From Eledone cirrhosa (Eukaryota), in NCBI GenBank assembly GCA_964016885.1, contig OZ024751.1:23498001-23562000 (forward strand): a stretch of DNA of 64,000 bases, in the 5' to 3' direction. Numbering within the stretch: the stretch's first letter is position 1; every line of letters starts with the position of its first letter. The notes under the pieces were generated by a model. The model worked only from the letters and a program-made list of their open reading frames with translations. It searched no databases and was not told where the DNA came from. The translations under genes were made by a program, and so were the position numbers. This document shows, one piece after another, positions 15,171-30,787 of this stretch.

Positions 15171-15287
15171 TAGTTGTAAGTATTATATATATATATATAT
15201 ATATGCATGTATGTCTTATAGCAAGTACTATTTGTTTGAGGCATTCAGAAAATACTCAATGGATTGAAAGTTAAAAATAAACATGAC

Positions 15288-15476
15288 TAGAACAGTTTCA
15301 TTCGAAGGAAATCATTAGGAAAGCCTGATGATTTCTTTCGAAGGGAACAGTTCTAGACATGTAGAAGCTATTTCTGTATGAAATTTGTTGCATACTCTCT
15401 ACTAATATATTGCGTACCTTGCTTTCTGTGATTAACCCCGATTGAATCCCTGTCTCATATATATATGTGCGTGTGC

Positions 15477-15520
<44 letters not shown>

Positions 15521-16031
15521 ATATATGCCGAACTACTTAACCACTGGTTGGACGTGTATGGCCACCGACCTATCACTATAATTGCATAACTGCACCATAT
15601 GATTGGGTAAGCATCTGACGAAGTCACGTGAATAACCTTGTAACAGAAATATACGATATATATACGTATATAATGCAATAAACAATTATGGTGATTTAAC
15701 CCCGCCTTAATTACCATTATTTGATATATATATATGTGCGTGTGTAAGTAAAGTACTCAATACATAGCAGATAGCAGAGTATAAATATTTAACATAGAAA
15801 TGGCTTCTAAGACGCTAGAACTGTTTCATTCGGGAGAAATCGTTAGGAAGCCCTGATTCAATTCTTGTCCTGTAGATTATTTATACTCTGCTATCTGCTA
15901 TGTATTGAGTACTTTAGTTACTGTGGTTACCTCCGATTGAACCCAGGATAAACTTATCTTTTAGCACTTACTGTGTCCCTCTTAACCAGGGCTTCCTATT
16001 GATTTCTCCGGAATGAAACAGTTCTAGTCTC

Positions 16032-16035
<4 letters not shown>
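15288..16035. mobile_element. Family I fragments (15288-15450, 15750-16035) with degenerate HHR
   Basis: Consensus across fragments GCTTC-CTGATGA-TTTC..GAAT-GAAA-CA..TG-TA-GAAGC; no single intact copy. Confidence 0.45.
15611..15676 (+). ncRNA. Type I hammerhead ribozyme (family M)
   Basis: Stem I GCAT/ATGC; CTGACGA 15615-15621; imperfect stem II; GAAA 15646-15649; stem III ATATACG/CGTATAT; predicted cleavage after 15672. Confidence 0.7.
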
Positions 16036-16069
<34 letters not shown>

Positions 16070-16390
16070 GTGTGAATATCAGGAAACATAACGATACCAC
16101 TGAACAAGAGACTTGGGCCCTAGTTTCTCGGAGTGAAATGTGCAATGAATGAATATGTTATGAAATAAAGAACACCTGGCTTTGCCAACATTTATTGCTA
16201 TAGTTATTGTTTTTGTCTTGTTTCTTGGTTCGTATCATATTTCTGGTGAGAAACCATCATTTTTTATATTTGGATTCAATTATTACAATGACGATGCAGC
16301 GTCAACGCGCCTTATCTCGTATGTATGTATGTATGTATGTATGTATGTATGTATGTATGTATGTATGTATGTATGTATGTATGTATGTAT

Positions 16391-17184
16391 CTTTTCTCTT
16401 TCTCTTAATTTCGAGTATATTTTTTTGACCGGCCACCTTCCTGGTGGCAAGGTTGTAAAAGAAAAGAAATTGTCATCCCTTGAATCGCAAGAATGTTTTG
16501 CAAATTTTGAAGGTGCCAGCTATCGCATCCATTTGTAGACTATGAATTAGGGAGCTGCGCTTTTTGTCCGCAAATCCAAGTTCGGTCATACTTTGGTCCA
16601 AGCGGGTTGGTATATAACCCGTAGCACCAATAATGATGGGTATGAAGCTAAAGGTGTATCTTGGATACTGGATTTGTAAACTCCTCATCAATGGTCCGTA
16701 GATGTCCTCCTTCTCCTGTATTTTTCTGACAACGTTTACATCAAGTGGGCAGCTGATCTCCACAACAGAACACGTTTTCAATGTGTGGTCCCAAACTACA
16801 ATATCAGGCCGGTTGTGCTTTAATTTGGTGGCAGTTTTTATTTTCAGGTTCCACCAGTATTCCTTAGTGCCATCTGTCTCAATATATTCTTCCTCGTTTG
16901 TTGTTAATTTTGTTTTCCGAAGTGCGTTCCAGATAGTTCTAGCTATCCCATCGTGTCTCATGGGGAGGTAGTAGCGAGATGACATTCTTTCGCAGCTGGC
17001 AACAATGTGGCTTACATCCTCGATCTTTGTTTTACATAGCCTACATTTATTGTCAGCTGCTGGCCCTCCTCTTTTGTGCAGCAGATATTTGGTAGGGAGT
17101 TCTTGTTCCTGTATTGCATAGAGATATCCCTCAAGGTGTGATGTCATAAACTTGTCGGAACTCCATGCCAGGCTTTTTGAGTGG
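16391..17184 (-). mobile_element. 5'-truncated R4/Dong-like RLE LINE in (CATA)n, family 1
   Basis: ORF 16473-17255: AIQEQEL, CCHC knuckle CRLC..SHIVASC, RHD, NRPDIVV..EISCP..KEDIY; (TATG)n on both flanks. Confidence 0.9.
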
Positions 17185-17238
17185 TATGTATGTATGTATG
17201 TATGTATGTATGTATGTATGTATGTATGTATGTATGTA

Positions 17239-17541
17239 TTTTTGGTAAATATCATCTTGCTTAAGAGAGTGGGACTGGCTTTGTGCAGTGCCTTTGCTCA
17301 CTATAAAAGCTTCACGGCACAGGCATTGCTTTATATCTGGAGATTTCTCTGAACTTATCGTCACATGGTACCATGGGCCCAGCACTATGTGTCAATAATT
17401 GTCACAAGTGTAGTGTTTGTACCAGAGTTTTCAAGTCGCTGGCTGGACTAAAAAGTCACACTCGTTCAGCGCATCGGTAGGAGTTCTCCTACATGGATAT
17501 AAAGTAGTGGCCGTACTCGAAAACGAGTTGGCAGCCACCAT
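17239..17541 (+). mobile_element. Non-autonomous RTE-derived element, 3' part
   Basis: Encodes C2H2 CSVCTRVFKSLAGLKSHTRSAH*; hairpin CTCGAAAACGAG; (TATG)n tail. Confidence 0.65.
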
Positions 17542-17554
17542 GTATGTATGTATG

Positions 17555-17765
17555 TTCTTCTGGTTTTATAATTTCACAAAGTTTTACCAATAGAGAGAGA
17601 GTCGGTTTCTAACATAGACACAAGACTCTCTCATTGGAATTTACACAACATCAACTAGGTAGATATGTATGTATGCATGTGTAGATATGGATGTTATTGT
17701 ATGTGTAGATGTGGATGTTTTGAGTTGTATGTGTGCATGTGTATATGCTTTGTATCTGTACATGA
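17555..17765 (-). mobile_element. 3' UTR of (CATA)n RLE LINE family 2
   Basis: Near-identical to 33547-33765, which follows an RLE ORF end. Confidence 0.6.
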
Positions 17766-17773
17766 GTATATGC

Positions 17774-17804
<31 letters not shown>

Positions 17805-17928
17805 TGTATGTATGTATGTATGTATGTATGTATGTATGTATGTATGTATGTATGCGTGTATGTATGTATGTATGTATGTATGTATGTATGTATGTATGTA
17901 TGTATGTATGTATGTGTGTGTGTATGTA

Positions 17929-18155
17929 ATCTCTTTCTCTTAATTTCGAGTATATTTTTTGACCGGCCACCTTCCTGGTGGCAAGGTTGTAAAAGAAAAG
18001 AAATTGTCATCTCTTGAATCGCAAGAATGTTTTGCAAATTTTGAAGGTGCCAGCTATCGCATCCATTTGTAGACTATGAATTAGGGAGCTGCGCTCTTTG
18101 TCCGCAAATCCAAGTTCAGTCATACTTTGGTCCAAGCGGGTTGGTATATAACCCG
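17929..18155 (-). mobile_element. RLE LINE family 1, short 3' fragment
   Basis: GYIPTRLDQSMTELGF..KICKTFLRF; (TATG)n flanks. Confidence 0.85.
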
Positions 18156-18237
18156 TATGTATGTGTGTATGTATGTATCCATGCAAGTATGTATATATAT
18201 ATGTACATACACACGCACACATATACATACACAAATT

Positions 18238-18283
<46 letters not shown>

Positions 18284-18398
18284 TACACATATGTATATAC
18301 ATATACACATAAATAAACACCCCCATACACTACACACAAACACACACGTATATATATATAAATAAAAGTACACCCACATGCCTGCAACCTCCCCCACG

Positions 18399-18451
<53 letters not shown>

Positions 18452-18730
18452 GTATGTATACACAGAGACATGTGGAGATGGTTAGATGATGAATAGTTGA
18501 GAGTATGTAGGCGTTAGAAATATACTATTTGCAGCAGCAGATGATATCTAGAATACGAACGGCTTTTGTAAGTATTCATAAAATAAAAATAACAAAAAAA
18601 AAAACGATACAAAAACAAAACAAAACAAAACAAACAAACAACAAGACAAGATAATACATACATCCAAACATAAATACATATATACATGCATGCATACATA
18701 CATCCACGCATACATAGTTACATACATACA

Positions 18731-19225
18731 AACAAACGAGGAAGAACATATTGAGACAGATGGCACTAAGGAATACTGGTGGAATCTGAAAATAAAAACT
18801 TATACCAGATTAAAGCACAACTGGCCTGATATTGTTGTTTGGGACCACAGATTGAAAACGTGTTCTGTTGTGTGGAGATCAGTTGCCCACTTGATGTCAA
18901 CGTTGTCAGAAAAAATACAGGAGAAGGAGGACATCTACGGACCATTGATGAGGAGTTTACAAATTCAGTATCCAAGATATACCTTTAGCTTCATACCCAT
19001 CATTATTGGAGCTGCGGGTTATATACCAACCCGCTTGGACCAATGTATAACTTAACTTGGATTTGCAGACAAAGAGCACAGCTCCCTATTTCATAGTCTA
19101 CAAATGGCTGCGATAGCTGGCACCTTCAAAGTTTGCAAAACATTCTTGCGATTCAAGGGATGACAATTTCTTTTCTTTTACAACCTTGCCACCAGGAAGG
19201 TGGCCGGTCAAAAATATACTCGAGA
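18731..19225 (+). mobile_element. RLE LINE family 1, frameshifted 3' fragment
   Basis: EYWWNLKIK..HNWPDIVV; (CATA)n flanks on its sense strand. Confidence 0.85.
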
Positions 19226-19874
19226 GAAGAGAAAAAAGTAAAAAAAAACATATATACATGCATACATACATACATAGATACATACATGCATGCATGCATA
19301 CATCCACACATGCATACATACGTACATACATGCAGGCATACATATATACATACATGCAGGCATACATGCATACATACATAGATACATACATACATCCAAA
19401 CATCCATCCATACATACATACATACATACATACATACATACATACATACATACACACATACATATATAGATACATGCATCCATCCATCCATACATCCATA
19501 CATACATGCATACATACATACATACATACATACATACATACATACATACATACATACATACATACATCCAAACATCCACGCATACATACATACATGTACA
19601 CATATAATCTAACAAAAAACCAAATATCAAATAACTAAGAGAAAAGAATTGAAAAAGAAATATGAAGGGATTAGTGTGTAGAACACAGAAAGAGGCTTAA
19701 AACCACGAAAACTTAATCAGTGGCGATTTATAACGGTTAATTCTCAAAACAAAGCATACTTCATTAACCAATCATTAGAATTCTGGACAATTGTTTTAGA
19801 CAAAGATAAAGAAAATTAATTTGATTGATAGAAATGCTTCAACATTTTCTTTTTAGGGTTTTGGAATGCAAAAT

Positions 19875-20410
19875 AATTGTTTCTACTTTGATACAAGGCC
19901 AGCAATTAACCCAGTGAATTACTGGTACTTTATTTTATCGACACCGTAAGGATGAAAGGCAAAGTTAACCTCGGCGGGATTTGAACTCAGATCATAAAGG
20001 GATGTAACTGTATGCTGCAAAGCATAGCGTCCGACCCTCTACTGACACTGCCAATCCCTTTCTTTACTTCCCTTTCTTTTTTAGCTGTGAGCTAATCCTT
20101 ATACATTCGGTGGGATTTGACATTGGTAGGATTTGAATTCAGAATGTAAAATATATGATTCTGCCAAATATATGATTCTGCCAAATAATGTTTCCTAGTA
20201 TAGGCACAAGGCCAGCAATTTGGGGAGGGGAAAGTCGATTAAATCGATCCCAGTGCGTTACTGGTGCTTTATTTTATGTACCCCGTAAGGATGAAAGGCA
20301 AAGTTAATCTCGGCGATATTTGAACCGTAAGAGACCAGACCGTAAAAGGCCGTAACTCTATGCTGCAAAGGTTGGTGTCCGACTATCTACCCATACTGCC
20401 AATCCTGCGC
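19875..20410 (-). mobile_element. Two SINE copies (19875-20058, 20188-20410)
   Basis: Reverse complements of the 1155 SINE. Confidence 0.8.
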
Positions 20411-20970
20411 CCTGATTCTGTGAAATAATAACCTACAGAATAACATCAAGAACATCATAAAATAATCTACAAGCAACTAATGTAATTTGAAATAGAGTAT
20501 GAGTTGGTAGTAAGTAACATGCTTTCTCGAAGTGGTAATGCGCTGTCCATAGTTGACACTTAATTCAGATAGGGAAAACTCACAGAAAACGTTTCACTGT
20601 TTCTGCTAACTTGCTGCTGTGCTTCTAAATTTAGATATTGATTTCCAGGATTTTCCTTTGGCTAAGCACAATTCCAAAGTTGAATATCAAAGTGAGCCAA
20701 AAACAAAATATATGTAATGTGGTTTCAAGCATGTTTGCTATATCATCCCACGATAATGATAACAACAAACGAGCGAGGGTAATATTAAATAGACGTTACA
20801 TTTTAGATAGGATCGGCAACATTACAACACGCACAAGAGACGTAGGGAGAAAATAATGATATATCTAATTATATAGAATCTTCTTTATTTCAGTCATTCC
20901 AAAATCGATAAGTTGAGTGGTTTATTTGTTCTTACTTGATTATGATAAAGCCCAAGGAATGTTTCAGCCG

Positions 20971-21093
<123 letters not shown>

Positions 21094-21899
21094 TTATTTC
21101 CACGACACGCACACATATATATTCTTGAGTCCCAGCTGAGATCTATGGTGAGTGTTTATATATATATATGATTATTATGATTGTGTAGTCAATAACTGTA
21201 ATCAGTTGTTGATCCGTTCATCTGATTTGGAAAAAGCTAACAAATTCATTCTCTTTGTGACGCTTTTGTGAGATAGAAGATTAGCAATTTCTCACTTACG
21301 CACAAAATACCAGACAATGATATTTTAGCACGAATATTGAGACGATAGTTGCAGTCACGCAATATTTTGCTGTTTTGTGCAACAACGTAAGCAAGGACTG
21401 AAATTATAGGAAACAAACACCTTTGAAGTTAATATAACGATAGAACTGGATAATGAGTTAAATAAACATATTGAAATAATGTTTAGCTTTAAGACTGCTA
21501 GTAAAATGTACTGAATAGAACTACTTATAAACTATACCGTGCATATAGTAATAATACATAACTGTATTAAACTACTTCCTATTGAAATAATCTACAATCA
21601 AAACACGGTGTTATCATAACTCAGTCACATCTAAAAATGATAGATTAGTTAATAACTCTATGAATACTGACAGCAATTAATAATTAAAGGTTATCATTTC
21701 CTCGAGGTGTCTTGTTAGTTAAAATATCGTCTTTCAAGGGAGAGAAAATATACCTGCTAGCTTGTGGGACTAAAAAGGTTATCTGTCTTATGTTCAACAG
21801 CGACTGACGAGCTGAAAAATCATGAAAATAACAAAATATCTTGCAGCTTGTGTTAAATATTTCATATTCTGGTAAATTTATTGTTTATACTGGTGTCAG

Positions 21900-22215
21900 C
21901 TGTCGACAACTAACGGACTGATGTGGTACCTTCAATTACCACCCACTTTTCTAAGTATTTTGGCAGTTGGAAGCAGTGTTCTGTTCTGTTGGTCCCAATC
22001 TTATAAAAATAGTTTTCAAGTCTGGCGCTCACAGTACCAAACGCCCCCAACTACAATTCGGCCCCAACTCCGCCTACTTCATTGCGCACAAATGATTTAT
22101 CTCCCCTGCTAGTGGTTCGTATCTCTCAAGTTTCTTCAATTCTTTGTCACAAATATTATTAGCAGTGGGACAAACCGCATCCAGAATCAAACATTATTAA
22201 AACAGATATTGTAGA
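21900..22215 (-). mobile_element. Degenerate RLE LINE 3' fragment
   Basis: Minus-strand translation ILDAVCPTANNICDKELKKLERYEPLAGEI.. matches RLE motif D..CP....K..Y..L. Confidence 0.6.
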
Positions 22216-22364
22216 GAGCATCCATAATCTTATTATTTTGTATTTCTCCTATACGCGGGATTCCTGGGATTTGCGATAAATAATCATTAGATCCCTTAGG
22301 TATCATTCCTAGAGCGCCTACAACCACTGGTATTGTTTATTATTATTATTATTATTATTATTAT

Positions 22365-23900
<1,536 letters not shown>

Positions 23901-23986
23901 GTTATTGTTATTCCTTGAATCTCAGTCATTGATGTTGGTTAACTGGAAAGTCCGTTGGATTGAATATCAAGCCACTACCTGCAGCC

Positions 23987-26028
23987 TCAGATATTCAGGA
24001 CGTATCGGAGGGTTCTTGCCGTTCCAAGCAAGCATGCCTTTTGAAGCGTTCCAAAAAGCGTGAAGGGGCCGATTTTCTTTAACCATCCCTGGAAACCTTT
24101 GGAGATAGTCCCCAGTGCGCCTATGACAATCGGGATCACTTTGACTTCATGGCAGTTCCAAATCCTTTTCACCTCCCACTTTAGGTCCTGGTATCGGTTA
24201 ATTTTCTCCCTCTCCTTCTCTTGCACTCTCGTGTCGAACGGGCAGGCCACATCCACAATCAGGCACGATCTTTTTTCTTTGTCCACAACCACCAGGTCAG
24301 GTCTATTGTGTTCCAGTTTTTTGTCCGTCTGTATCCTAAAATCCCACAGCACCTTCACCTGATTGTTCTCCATCACCGCCTCTGGCCTATGCTCATACCA
24401 TTTCTCAGAATGTGGTAGATTGTTTACTTTGCACAGGTGCCAGTGGATCACCCTGCCCATCACATCGTGTCTCCAGCCCTTATAGTGGGTCTGGGCTAGG
24501 TGTTTACACTCGGACACAATGTGAGCCACAGTCTCCTCTCTCTCTCCACAGATCCTGCACAGTGGGCTAGCCTCCTCCTTGTAGATATGGTGCTTCAACC
24601 ACTTCGTTTTGAGGGCCTGCTCCTGCGCAGCCATTAGCATTCCTTCTGTAGCCTTTTTGAGGTCTCCTCTTCTCAACCAGTTCCATGTCTGTGGATCTCT
24701 AAATTCAGTTTTCTCAAAGAAGGTACTATGAAGGGATTTTCCCTTAAGGCTGCTCTTCCTCCTTGATGTTATTTCCTCCTTGGGTATCCCCTGGCCTACT
24801 GTCCCCTCCTTCAGTACAGCTCTGAGCATTGGCTCCTTACTATAGGTCACGTATTTGTATAGGTTGTTTTTCTCCATCTGAACACAGTCCTCTATGCTGA
24901 TAAGACCTCTTCCACCCTCAGATCTCCTTAGGTAGAGTCTATCGACATCACTCCTCTTGTGGAACATGTTGTAGATAGTCAATAGCTTCCTAGTCTTCCT
25001 ATCCATTTCTTTTTGTTCAGCAACATTCCATCTCAGAATTCCCGCACTGTACCTAATAATAGACACAGCTCGGGAATTTACTGCGCTTATGGCATTTCTG
25101 CTGTTCAGATGTGACTTCAATACGCTCCTTACTCTCCGAATGTATTCAGTTCTTAACAATTCCTTCATTTTTTTGTTCTTTATGCCATCAGCCTCCAGAA
25201 CGCCCAAATACTTGTATCCTTCCTCAGAGTCAATTTCCTTTATCATCTCACCTGTTGGTATCTGGATCCCGTTACTTCTGCTCAACCTACCCCTCCTCAT
25301 CACAATGACTCCACATTTACCAATACCAAACTGCATACATATATCACTGCTGAAAATACGGACAGTGTCAACAAGCACATCCAACTCCTTCTCACTTTTC
25401 CCGAAGAGCTTAAGATCGTCCATGAAGAGGAGGTGATTGATGGTAAGTTCTCCCCTTCCCAACTTGTATCCTGCTCTCACTTTTCGCAGCATAATGGTCA
25501 AGGGCATCAGGGCAAGGACAAACAACAGAGGGGACAGGCTATCTCCCTGGAAGATACCTCTCTTGATCTTCACGCTTCCCAAGGATACTCCAGTTGATGT
25601 CAACTCTGTCTCCCAGGACCCCATACTCCTGCCCAGCAACTGTCTGATGTTATCTGCCACCCTGAAGATCTCCAGGCTTTTGGTGATCCAGGAATGAGGC
25701 ACCATGTCAAATGCCTTTCTGTAGTCTATCCATCCCATGGCAAGATCAGTGTGTCTCCTCCTGCAATTCCCCATTACCATCTTATCAATAAGCAACTGGT
25801 CCTTTGTACCACGTGACTTCTTTCGGCATCCTTTCTGTTCGTCCGGCAACAAGTTGTTTGTGTGGAGGTGATGGTAGATTTCCTCAGACACAATGCTCGT
25901 CAACAGTTTCCACATTACGGGCAGACATGTGATAGGTCTATAGTTGGTAACATCATTACCCTTGATTTGGTCTTTCATTATCAGAACTGTGGTACCTTTT
26001 GTCAACCACTCTGGCACCTCACCCGACA

Positions 26029-26029
<1 letters not shown>
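23987..26029 (-). CDS. Reverse transcriptase + CCHC + restriction-like endonuclease of a 5'-truncated Dong/R4-like LINE (element ~23908-26030)
   Basis: [67 protein letters not shown]; uninterrupted 680 aa; (TAA)n on both sides. Confidence 0.95.
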
Positions 26030-26088
<59 letters not shown>

Positions 26089-26281
26089 CTCCTTACTCAA
26101 TATAGAAACGAAGTAGTTATCTTCTGTCACCTCATGTTAAAGATATCAACATGATATTTTAACTGGAGGGAGACGCAGACATAATGTTAGTAGGTATCTC
26201 TGTAGTAAATATATATATTATATATATATATATATTCATTAGTTAAGCAAAACAAGACACAAGGAAGACGTTATTTAAATG

Positions 26282-26325
<44 letters not shown>

Positions 26326-26401
26326 CATATATACATACATTTATACATACATTTATATACACACACAAACACACAAACACACACACGACACATACGTACA
26401 A

Positions 26402-26486
<85 letters not shown>

Positions 26487-26544
26487 CATATATACATACA
26501 TTTATACATACATTTATATACACACACACGACACATACGTACAA

Positions 26545-26602
<58 letters not shown>

Positions 26603-26986
26603 ATATATCTTGAGAAAGTAAATGGTTGGTTATGATACTAATATGTCCATGTATCTTCAGGCTGTTCATGCCATAGTATTAGATGTTCTGACTAATCAAT
26701 AATTGGTATCCTATAGTCATGAAACACCTGTCGAGAGAATATATTCAATTTACTAACTGGTAGGATAAATATATATTATCATATCTATATAAAACTCTAT
26801 GTACGTAAGTATGTGTGTGTCTATGTATCTATCTGTATATTTACATACATTTATATACACACACACATACAAGAATATATATATATATACATACATATAT
26901 ATATATATGTATGCATTTATATATATATAAATGCATACATATATATATATATATATATATGCATAGATATATATATATATGCATGC

Positions 26987-27031
<45 letters not shown>

Positions 27032-27054
27032 TACATATATATATGTATGTATGT

Positions 27055-27124
<70 letters not shown>

Positions 27125-27128
<4 letters not shown>

Positions 27129-27485
27129 AAAAAGAGATGAAATCGAAAATGCAACTGGAGTCTTATTTTTTTTAAAAATATATATATTTATTTGGTTCCT
27201 TTACCGGTTTCGCAGTTCTTCTGCTTTTCAAAAGGTGAGTTGAGATGGAGGGTCTGTGGTTTTTCTCACAGATGTGAGAAAAACCACTGACCCTCCATCT
27301 CAACTCACCTTTTGAAAAGCAGAAGAACTGCGAAACCGGTAAAGGAACCAAATAAATATATATATTTTTAAAAAAAATAAGACTCCAGTTGCATTTTCGA
27401 TTTCATCTCTTTTTCTTTATACTTTCACTCGTGTAGGACACCTCGGTTATTTTTCATTTTGTAAAAAGAAACCTCACTTTCTAAT
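27125..27485 (+). mobile_element. Palindromic (TA)n element, family F
   Basis: Near-perfect ~145-bp arms centred ~27271 plus 3' extension to ~27485. Confidence 0.85.
27308..27345 (+). ncRNA. Minimal type I HHR, U3:A8 variant (mirror copy 27198-27235 on minus)
   Basis: CCTT-TTGAAAA-GCAG(AAGAA)CTGC-GAAA-CCGG-TA-AAGG. Confidence 0.7.
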
Positions 27486-27524
27486 ATATATATATATATT
27501 TTGTGCGTTTGTGTGTGTATCTAA

Positions 27525-27595
<71 letters not shown>

Positions 27596-28003
27596 TTCTA
27601 CATGCTATCGCTTGCCTGCTTTTAATTCCCCTCTGGCATTTTAGCAGTGGTGTTCTAGTTAATGTTTGAGCACTACTGAAGATCGGTTCAAACGTGAATA
27701 ACCACACTGAAAAGTTTCGTGAAATAGTCTTTTAAGACTATATAGTGCATTTGTAGTTTTCCCCAAATTGACGGTTAAGTATTTCTTCTTGATTTTATTT
27801 TGAGTTAAGATTGTATTGCTTTTCCCCCAACTTACACAAAGTCTGAGGATAAAGGTTTTCTTCTTGACTTGTTTTAAATTAAGATTGTATTACTTTTCCC
27901 TCATCTTACGTTAAAAACCTTTTCAATTTGATGGTATAGTCACTTATATATCTGAATTATTGTCGGCATTTTGCTTACATTAATTTCTCTATTTTCATAC
28001 ACA

Positions 28004-28094
<91 letters not shown>

Positions 28095-29039
28095 GGTTAA
28101 TGGATTGATATTAATCGAAGCCCTTTGTTCTGTGAACTGTGGATAGAAAACGAAATTATCAATTGCTGCCGAAGTGTGTGAAACACTAGAAGATATTGTC
28201 AATGGCGTATGCATATATTATCGGAACATATAATATATAACAAGATTTTGTATTTTTAAAATATTGGATTCATATTTCGATCTATGAATTGAAAACTTAA
28301 GGGAAACTGATTCAAACTTTGTTTTATATAAATCCATGTAATATGTGTTGACTTTATCACCAGATGCAATATTTGCTTGTTGTCACTAATGTGTTTCGTA
28401 TTGATGCAATGTGAAAAATGATATGGTGCATTGCGTGCAAAACGAATCAATGAAACATTACTTGAACGTATAGGATTACGTTAAGAAAAAGCAGCATTAA
28501 GTAGCAACACTGACTCCCTGTAAGCCAGTACTAAAACAACTGATTATATTTTGTTTAATCCACAAAAAAAAAAAAAATGTTACTTAAGCAATCATGGTTT
28601 AGTTAGTATCTAAAGTATTTTTAGATGACCAATTTATTTTATTGATCATTTTAGTGACCAACCGGAAGCACTTATGAATGTCAGATGAGGCTACTTTAAG
28701 AGGATTTATTATCTATCAAAATAGATGTACATTGCACACGCAAGAATGACTGATTCTTAACATTGTTGGTTGTTTTAGAAATTAAAAGAAAAAAAAAAAT
28801 ACGAAATAAAAAATTATAGAAAAATGAAAAATAAAAAAGTTGCGGGTTTTATGTTTCCCTAACTGGGGATGACTAACATTTACGTTCGAGAATTAATGTA
28901 GTAATATAACCTTCTTTGAACTTCCTTCTACGCATATTGTACAAACGCAGACGCAGTTCTTTCAGAAGCTTAGGTTGATGTCGAAGTAGGAAATATTAAA
29001 ATAAACTCGACATGATATATGATGTTTACATATCTGTAT

Positions 29040-29275
29040 CTACTTTACCTTTCATCATTTCGAGATCGATAAAAAAGTTCCAGTCTAGTACCTGAATCGA
29101 TTTTTCCTCTATATCTCCTTCTCGCTTCATCTCAGTCACTTTCTATCCGTCTCTGGAAGAAATTTGCTGTACTCATGCTTGAAGAAGGATGGGCTAAAAA
29201 AATGCCCAAGAAACATCGTATGTCAATACGGCGCCTCTACCATTCCATCAAGAGTTAAGGAACCATACCATATCT
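29040..29275 (+). mobile_element. Long-tail SINE subfamily fragment
   Basis: CTTTACCTTTCATCATTTCGAGATCGATAAAA; tail shared with 1600-1910. Confidence 0.55.
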
Positions 29276-30158
29276 GTATCTATGATATTGCATGATTTGG
29301 GTTTATCAATACACACACAAACATGAACAGTACACACTTACGTTTTGCTGAATTAAGCACTGAAAGATTCGAACAAATAAATGTCAACGTCTCAAAGTGC
29401 TCGATCATTCTGCTACAAATAACAGTAAAAAAATCCTCATATCACACACTAACACCTTACAAAAAAGAGCATTTTGAATAATGTTGATATAGGTATACAG
29501 AAATCCGTGAGGTTAGTTGGAACATCTCAATCATAGACTTGTTTAATTAGAGATGAACTAGAGTTAAACTACAGCCACATCAACTGCAGCTTCAATATAT
29601 TCAGTTTTTAAAAGACATTGTAATTCCCGATATGATTTTTAGTGTACAATAATATATTTCATTCCTGTTTATAACGTAATCAAAACTATAATAAAGGGAG
29701 AAGTGCGGGACTGCGCCCAGAATATATATACATTTTATCCCATTAGTAAAATAAGTTGGATTACTTTGAATAAATAATGAATGAATATTACATAATTTAT
29801 CTACTAAATTTCGTTATTCTTGATTAAATATAAATAATTTTGACGCTTATTTTAAGATTCACTTCTTTAAAATTTTCAAATGTCAACACTTCCGGTTAGC
29901 GTTCGCTTGAATAAACAGTCATATATTTCCGTCAATGGATTGCGTTACTGATTACATAAGACAGTGTAACGCAGTCTTCGTTCAATTTCTATCTATATTG
30001 TCAATCACGATTTTATTTGATGCATCATATCTACATGCATGTATACTTGCGTATAATATCATTATGCACACTACACATGCTAGCAGAAAACCACCCGAAA
30101 GGTGGTTTTTCTGCTAGTATAATTAAAGATGGAGTTACACCAATCCGTATATTACAAG

Positions 30159-30362
30159 TACGAGGGTAGGCTGAAAAGTCAATAACCTGATTATAAAGGG
30201 GTGATATTTTGCATGCATTCATTTCAACTCTTCTTATTAATAACTGCATTGTTTCTTTCCAGGTACTACGTTGAAAAATAAATCTCATTTGGTTATTCCA
30301 TGAGAGTATCTTGGTCAGTCTATGAACCTCTCAGTCCATGAACGTTTCAGCCGATACTCTTA
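30159..30362. mobile_element. Degenerate mariner-type MITE
   Basis: TA-CGAGGGTAGGCTGAAAAGT ... ACGTTTCAGCCGATACTCT-TA imperfect TIRs. Confidence 0.5.
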
Positions 30363-30604
30363 CTAACAAAAGCCTGCGTGATATTTCGTCACGGCTTACT
30401 TGTTGCGTTTCATTTTGCCCTAAAATCACGCAAAGTTCGACTTAACCGTTAACTTTTAGTAATAAGTACTTTTGTTGTAATGGTAGCAGGAAGGCGTTCA
30501 AGGGAGATTTACAACGGTACAATTCATCAAGGTATTGATTCGATGTTGGAATGATATGTTAGTAGAAATTATTACTTTAGGTAAAGCGGAGATGTAATAA
30601 GTGT

Positions 30605-30787
30605 TTTTACTTTTGGCACAAGGCCAGCAATAACCCAGTACATTACTGGTACTTTATTTTATCGACCCCGTAAGTAAGAAAAGCAAAGTTAACGTCGGTG
30701 GGATTTGAACTCAGTCCGTAAAGGGACATAACTCTATGTTGCAAATCATGGCGTCCGACCAACTATCGATACTGCCAATCCACCGCC
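30605..30787 (-). mobile_element. SINE
   Basis: Reverse complement of the 1155 SINE. Confidence 0.8.

Noticed and set aside
24060-26116. Plus-strand ORFs over the LINE
   Set aside because: Antisense shadows of the RT-RLE frame
27125-27420. Palindromes as assembly fold-back artefacts or classical MITEs
   Set aside because: Arms contain mismatches, are asymmetric, stop at recurrent positions, and occur elsewhere as single-orientation copies; a raw-read check is still advisable
27600-30000. Host exons in the less repetitive stretches (also 60.6-62.6 kb)
   Set aside because: No recognisable ORF or convincing splice pattern; small exons cannot be excluded without RNA data
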